From the IMG/VR virus record IMGVR_UViG_3300012344_000013, positions 62,577-126,576 of that record: 64,000 nucleotides of DNA; one strand, written 5' to 3'. The translations under genes and the position numbers were made by a program. This DNA comes from a virus (lineage: Duplodnaviria; Caudoviricetes). Under the pieces are notes generated by a model. That model was not told where the DNA came from and did no database searches. It saw nothing but the letters and a program-made list of their open reading frames with translations. Positions 62,425 to 64,000 of this stretch are shown here, one piece after another; position 1 is the stretch's first letter, and each line of letters begins with the position of its first letter.

Positions 62425-63401
62425 TTCGGATGACTTTTGAAAATTTATTAAATAAATATCTCCAAGACCCTGAGTTCAAAGAAGAGTGGGAAAAGTTACA
62501 AGATGACAAGGAAAGGGATAGCGTAGAATCAGAGGAAGCTTCTGAAGATTCTGTTGAATTAGAAGAAGACTTTGAAAATCCTGAGGGAAAAGAAATTCCT
62601 TCTGCACCCACTGAGGATAATGCTGGTATAGCTAATCTTATAAATGCTTTAATAAAAGATGAGTGGGATGCTATTGATGGCTATCAATCGGCTATTATGA
62701 ATATAAAAAGCTTTTCAAACGATACAGATTCTATTAAAGTATTAGAAGAAATAGCTAATGATGAGTATGCACATGTAGGCAATTTACAAAAAATACTTAA
62801 TCGATTTGCTCCCCAGGCTTCTACAATTGCAGATGGCGAAGAAGAAGCAGAAGAAACTATTGCAATGAATGAATCTCTATCTAAAAAGAAGCCTTTATTA
62901 GAGTGGGTGGAGATACCCATTGCTAGAGGTGGCGCGTATTCTTCATCTAGATTTTTGAATAAGATGTATAGAAGTAGCCGAGAAAACACAATTGCTCTAT
63001 CCGAGGGTGTTTCTTTTGAACCAGAAGCAAATAAAAAAGGTGGTATAATTACCTTTTCTACAGTAGTCAATGCTTTAGAGTTAGATAAAAATAAGCTTAT
63101 AAACTTTATTAAACAAAAAGTGGTCACAATAAATAACAAGCTTAAAGCTAATAAAAAAGTAGATGATATTGCACAAAATTACGATTTAGCTGGCTGGACA
63201 GTAGGACATTATCTAAACGGCAGATATACAGCAGCTAACGGCGCTGTGTTTGATGAAAAATCTTTAAGTGTCGAGATAATAGGTATAGATTCGAATACGC
63301 TTCTGCAAATAGCAGAAGATTTATGCGCTGCGTTTACACAAGAGAGCGTTCTAGTTAAAGATTATAATACAAACAAGATATTCTTTGCAGATGTTCTTTG
63401 A
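62421..63401 (+). CDS. Polyprotein: HigA-like N-terminal helix (no HTH), ferritin-like domain, C-terminal domain
   Basis: MTFENLLNKYLQDPEFKEEWEKL; DEWDAI..Y...IANDEYAHVG.L. Confidence 0.65.
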   Translation: MIRMTFENLLNKYLQDPEFKEEWEKLQDDKERDSVESEEASEDSVELEEDFENPEGKEIPSAPTEDNAGIANLINALIKDEWDAIDGYQSAIMNIKSFSNDTDSIKVLEEIANDEYAHVGNLQKILNRFAPQASTIADGEEEAEETIAMNESLSKKKPLLEWVEIPIARGGAYSSSRFLNKMYRSSRENTIALSEGVSFEPEANKKGGIITFSTVVNALELDKNKLINFIKQKVVTINNKLKANKKVDDIAQNYDLAGWTVGHYLNGRYTAANGAVFDEKSLSVEIIGIDSNTLLQIAEDLCAAFTQESVLVKDYNTNKIFFADVL

Positions 63402-63429
63402 TTGTATATACGTATAAAGGTGATAAATA

Positions 63430-64000
63430 ATGAAGATATTAAATGAATCTAATATTAACAGAATTATGTCTCATATGAAAGACAAAGACATAGCAATGCT
63501 AACTGCTTTTAGAACTGACCCTGAATTAGGATTAAGTAAAAAGCAAAATAGAGAAAGAAATAAAAATCTTGAAAATAAGCTTAGTAGCATGGGTTATAGA
63601 GGATTTACTAAAATTATAGGATATTATAATGAAACTCCTGAAGATAAAGATTCAGTTGCAGAAGCAGAAGAATCTTACATTATCTTAAACACAGGAAGTT
63701 CTTATGATGATTTTACTGCTGATATGATTTCGCTTAGTAAAGATTTTAATCAGCAATCTATAGTTGTATGGAATCATGAAAATCAAAAAGCTTATTTATT
63801 AGATAATCAGGGTAATATATTACAGACTTTCAATGATTTTAGTATTGATACTATATCAAAAGGTTGGTCCGATATTAAAGGTCATAATCTTACTTTCATT
63901 GAAGAATCTACAAATATACGTTTTGGTTTTACTGATAGATTTAATGATGGTGGTAATTGGATGACCGCAATGGGTTATGAAGCTGCTAAAAATAAATATA
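63430..64000 (+). CDS. Phage protein, partial (DUF3293-like), runs off window end
   Basis: MKILNE|SNINR...LTAFR...NRERNK.L...GY...EESY...FNQQSI. Confidence 0.55.
   Translation, partial: MKILNESNINRIMSHMKDKDIAMLTAFRTDPELGLSKKQNRERNKNLENKLSSMGYRGFTKIIGYYNETPEDKDSVAEAEESYIILNTGSSYDDFTADMISLSKDFNQQSIVVWNHENQKAYLLDNQGNILQTFNDFSIDTISKGWSDIKGHNLTFIEESTNIRFGFTDRFNDGGNWMTAMGYEAAKNKY

Noticed and set aside
5462-63139. Minus-strand ORFs in the ORF track
   Set aside because: They shadow well-supported + strand genes, and I see no recognisable motifs in them.

Overview
AT-rich segment of a large lytic dsDNA phage genome. Essentially all genes lie on the + strand. Sigma-A-type promoters, anaerobic NrdD, a SleB-like hydrolase and a Clostridia-type double-OB SSB point to an anaerobic Firmicutes host (inference). 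Layout: 1-17 kb replication/recombination (family-A DNA polymerase split at a degenerate Hint remnant, beta-clamp, DnaX/delta clamp loader, RecU, RecA, resolvase, SbcCD); 17-20 kb a T4-like glucosyl-hydroxymethylcytosine cassette (dNMP kinase, beta-glucosyltransferase, dCMP hydroxymethylase, dUTPase); 20-40 kb metabolism and accessory genes (PDF-like, tail-like protein, SSB, NrdD, GlyA, sigma factor); 40.6-42.3 kb a tRNA operon with a structured ncRNA and two stem-closed antisense cassettes; 42-56 kb small early-type genes, an IS200/IS605 element and PRTases; about 56.5 kb an AT-rich putative origin; 56.8-64 kb acidic polyproteins. The most striking pattern is a collection of captured type II toxin-antitoxin modules (YafQ/DinJ x2, PemK x3, MqsR-like x2, HigB/HigA, Doc/Phd, DUF29, DUF4160). 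Their antitoxins are reduced to toxin-binding peptides without DNA-binding domains and are delimited by L-x-E prohead-protease-like sites, while several partner toxins are pseudogenised. This is a candidate virion-delivered antitoxin-mimic (anti-defence) system. All family assignments come from motif recognition by eye; no database search was run.
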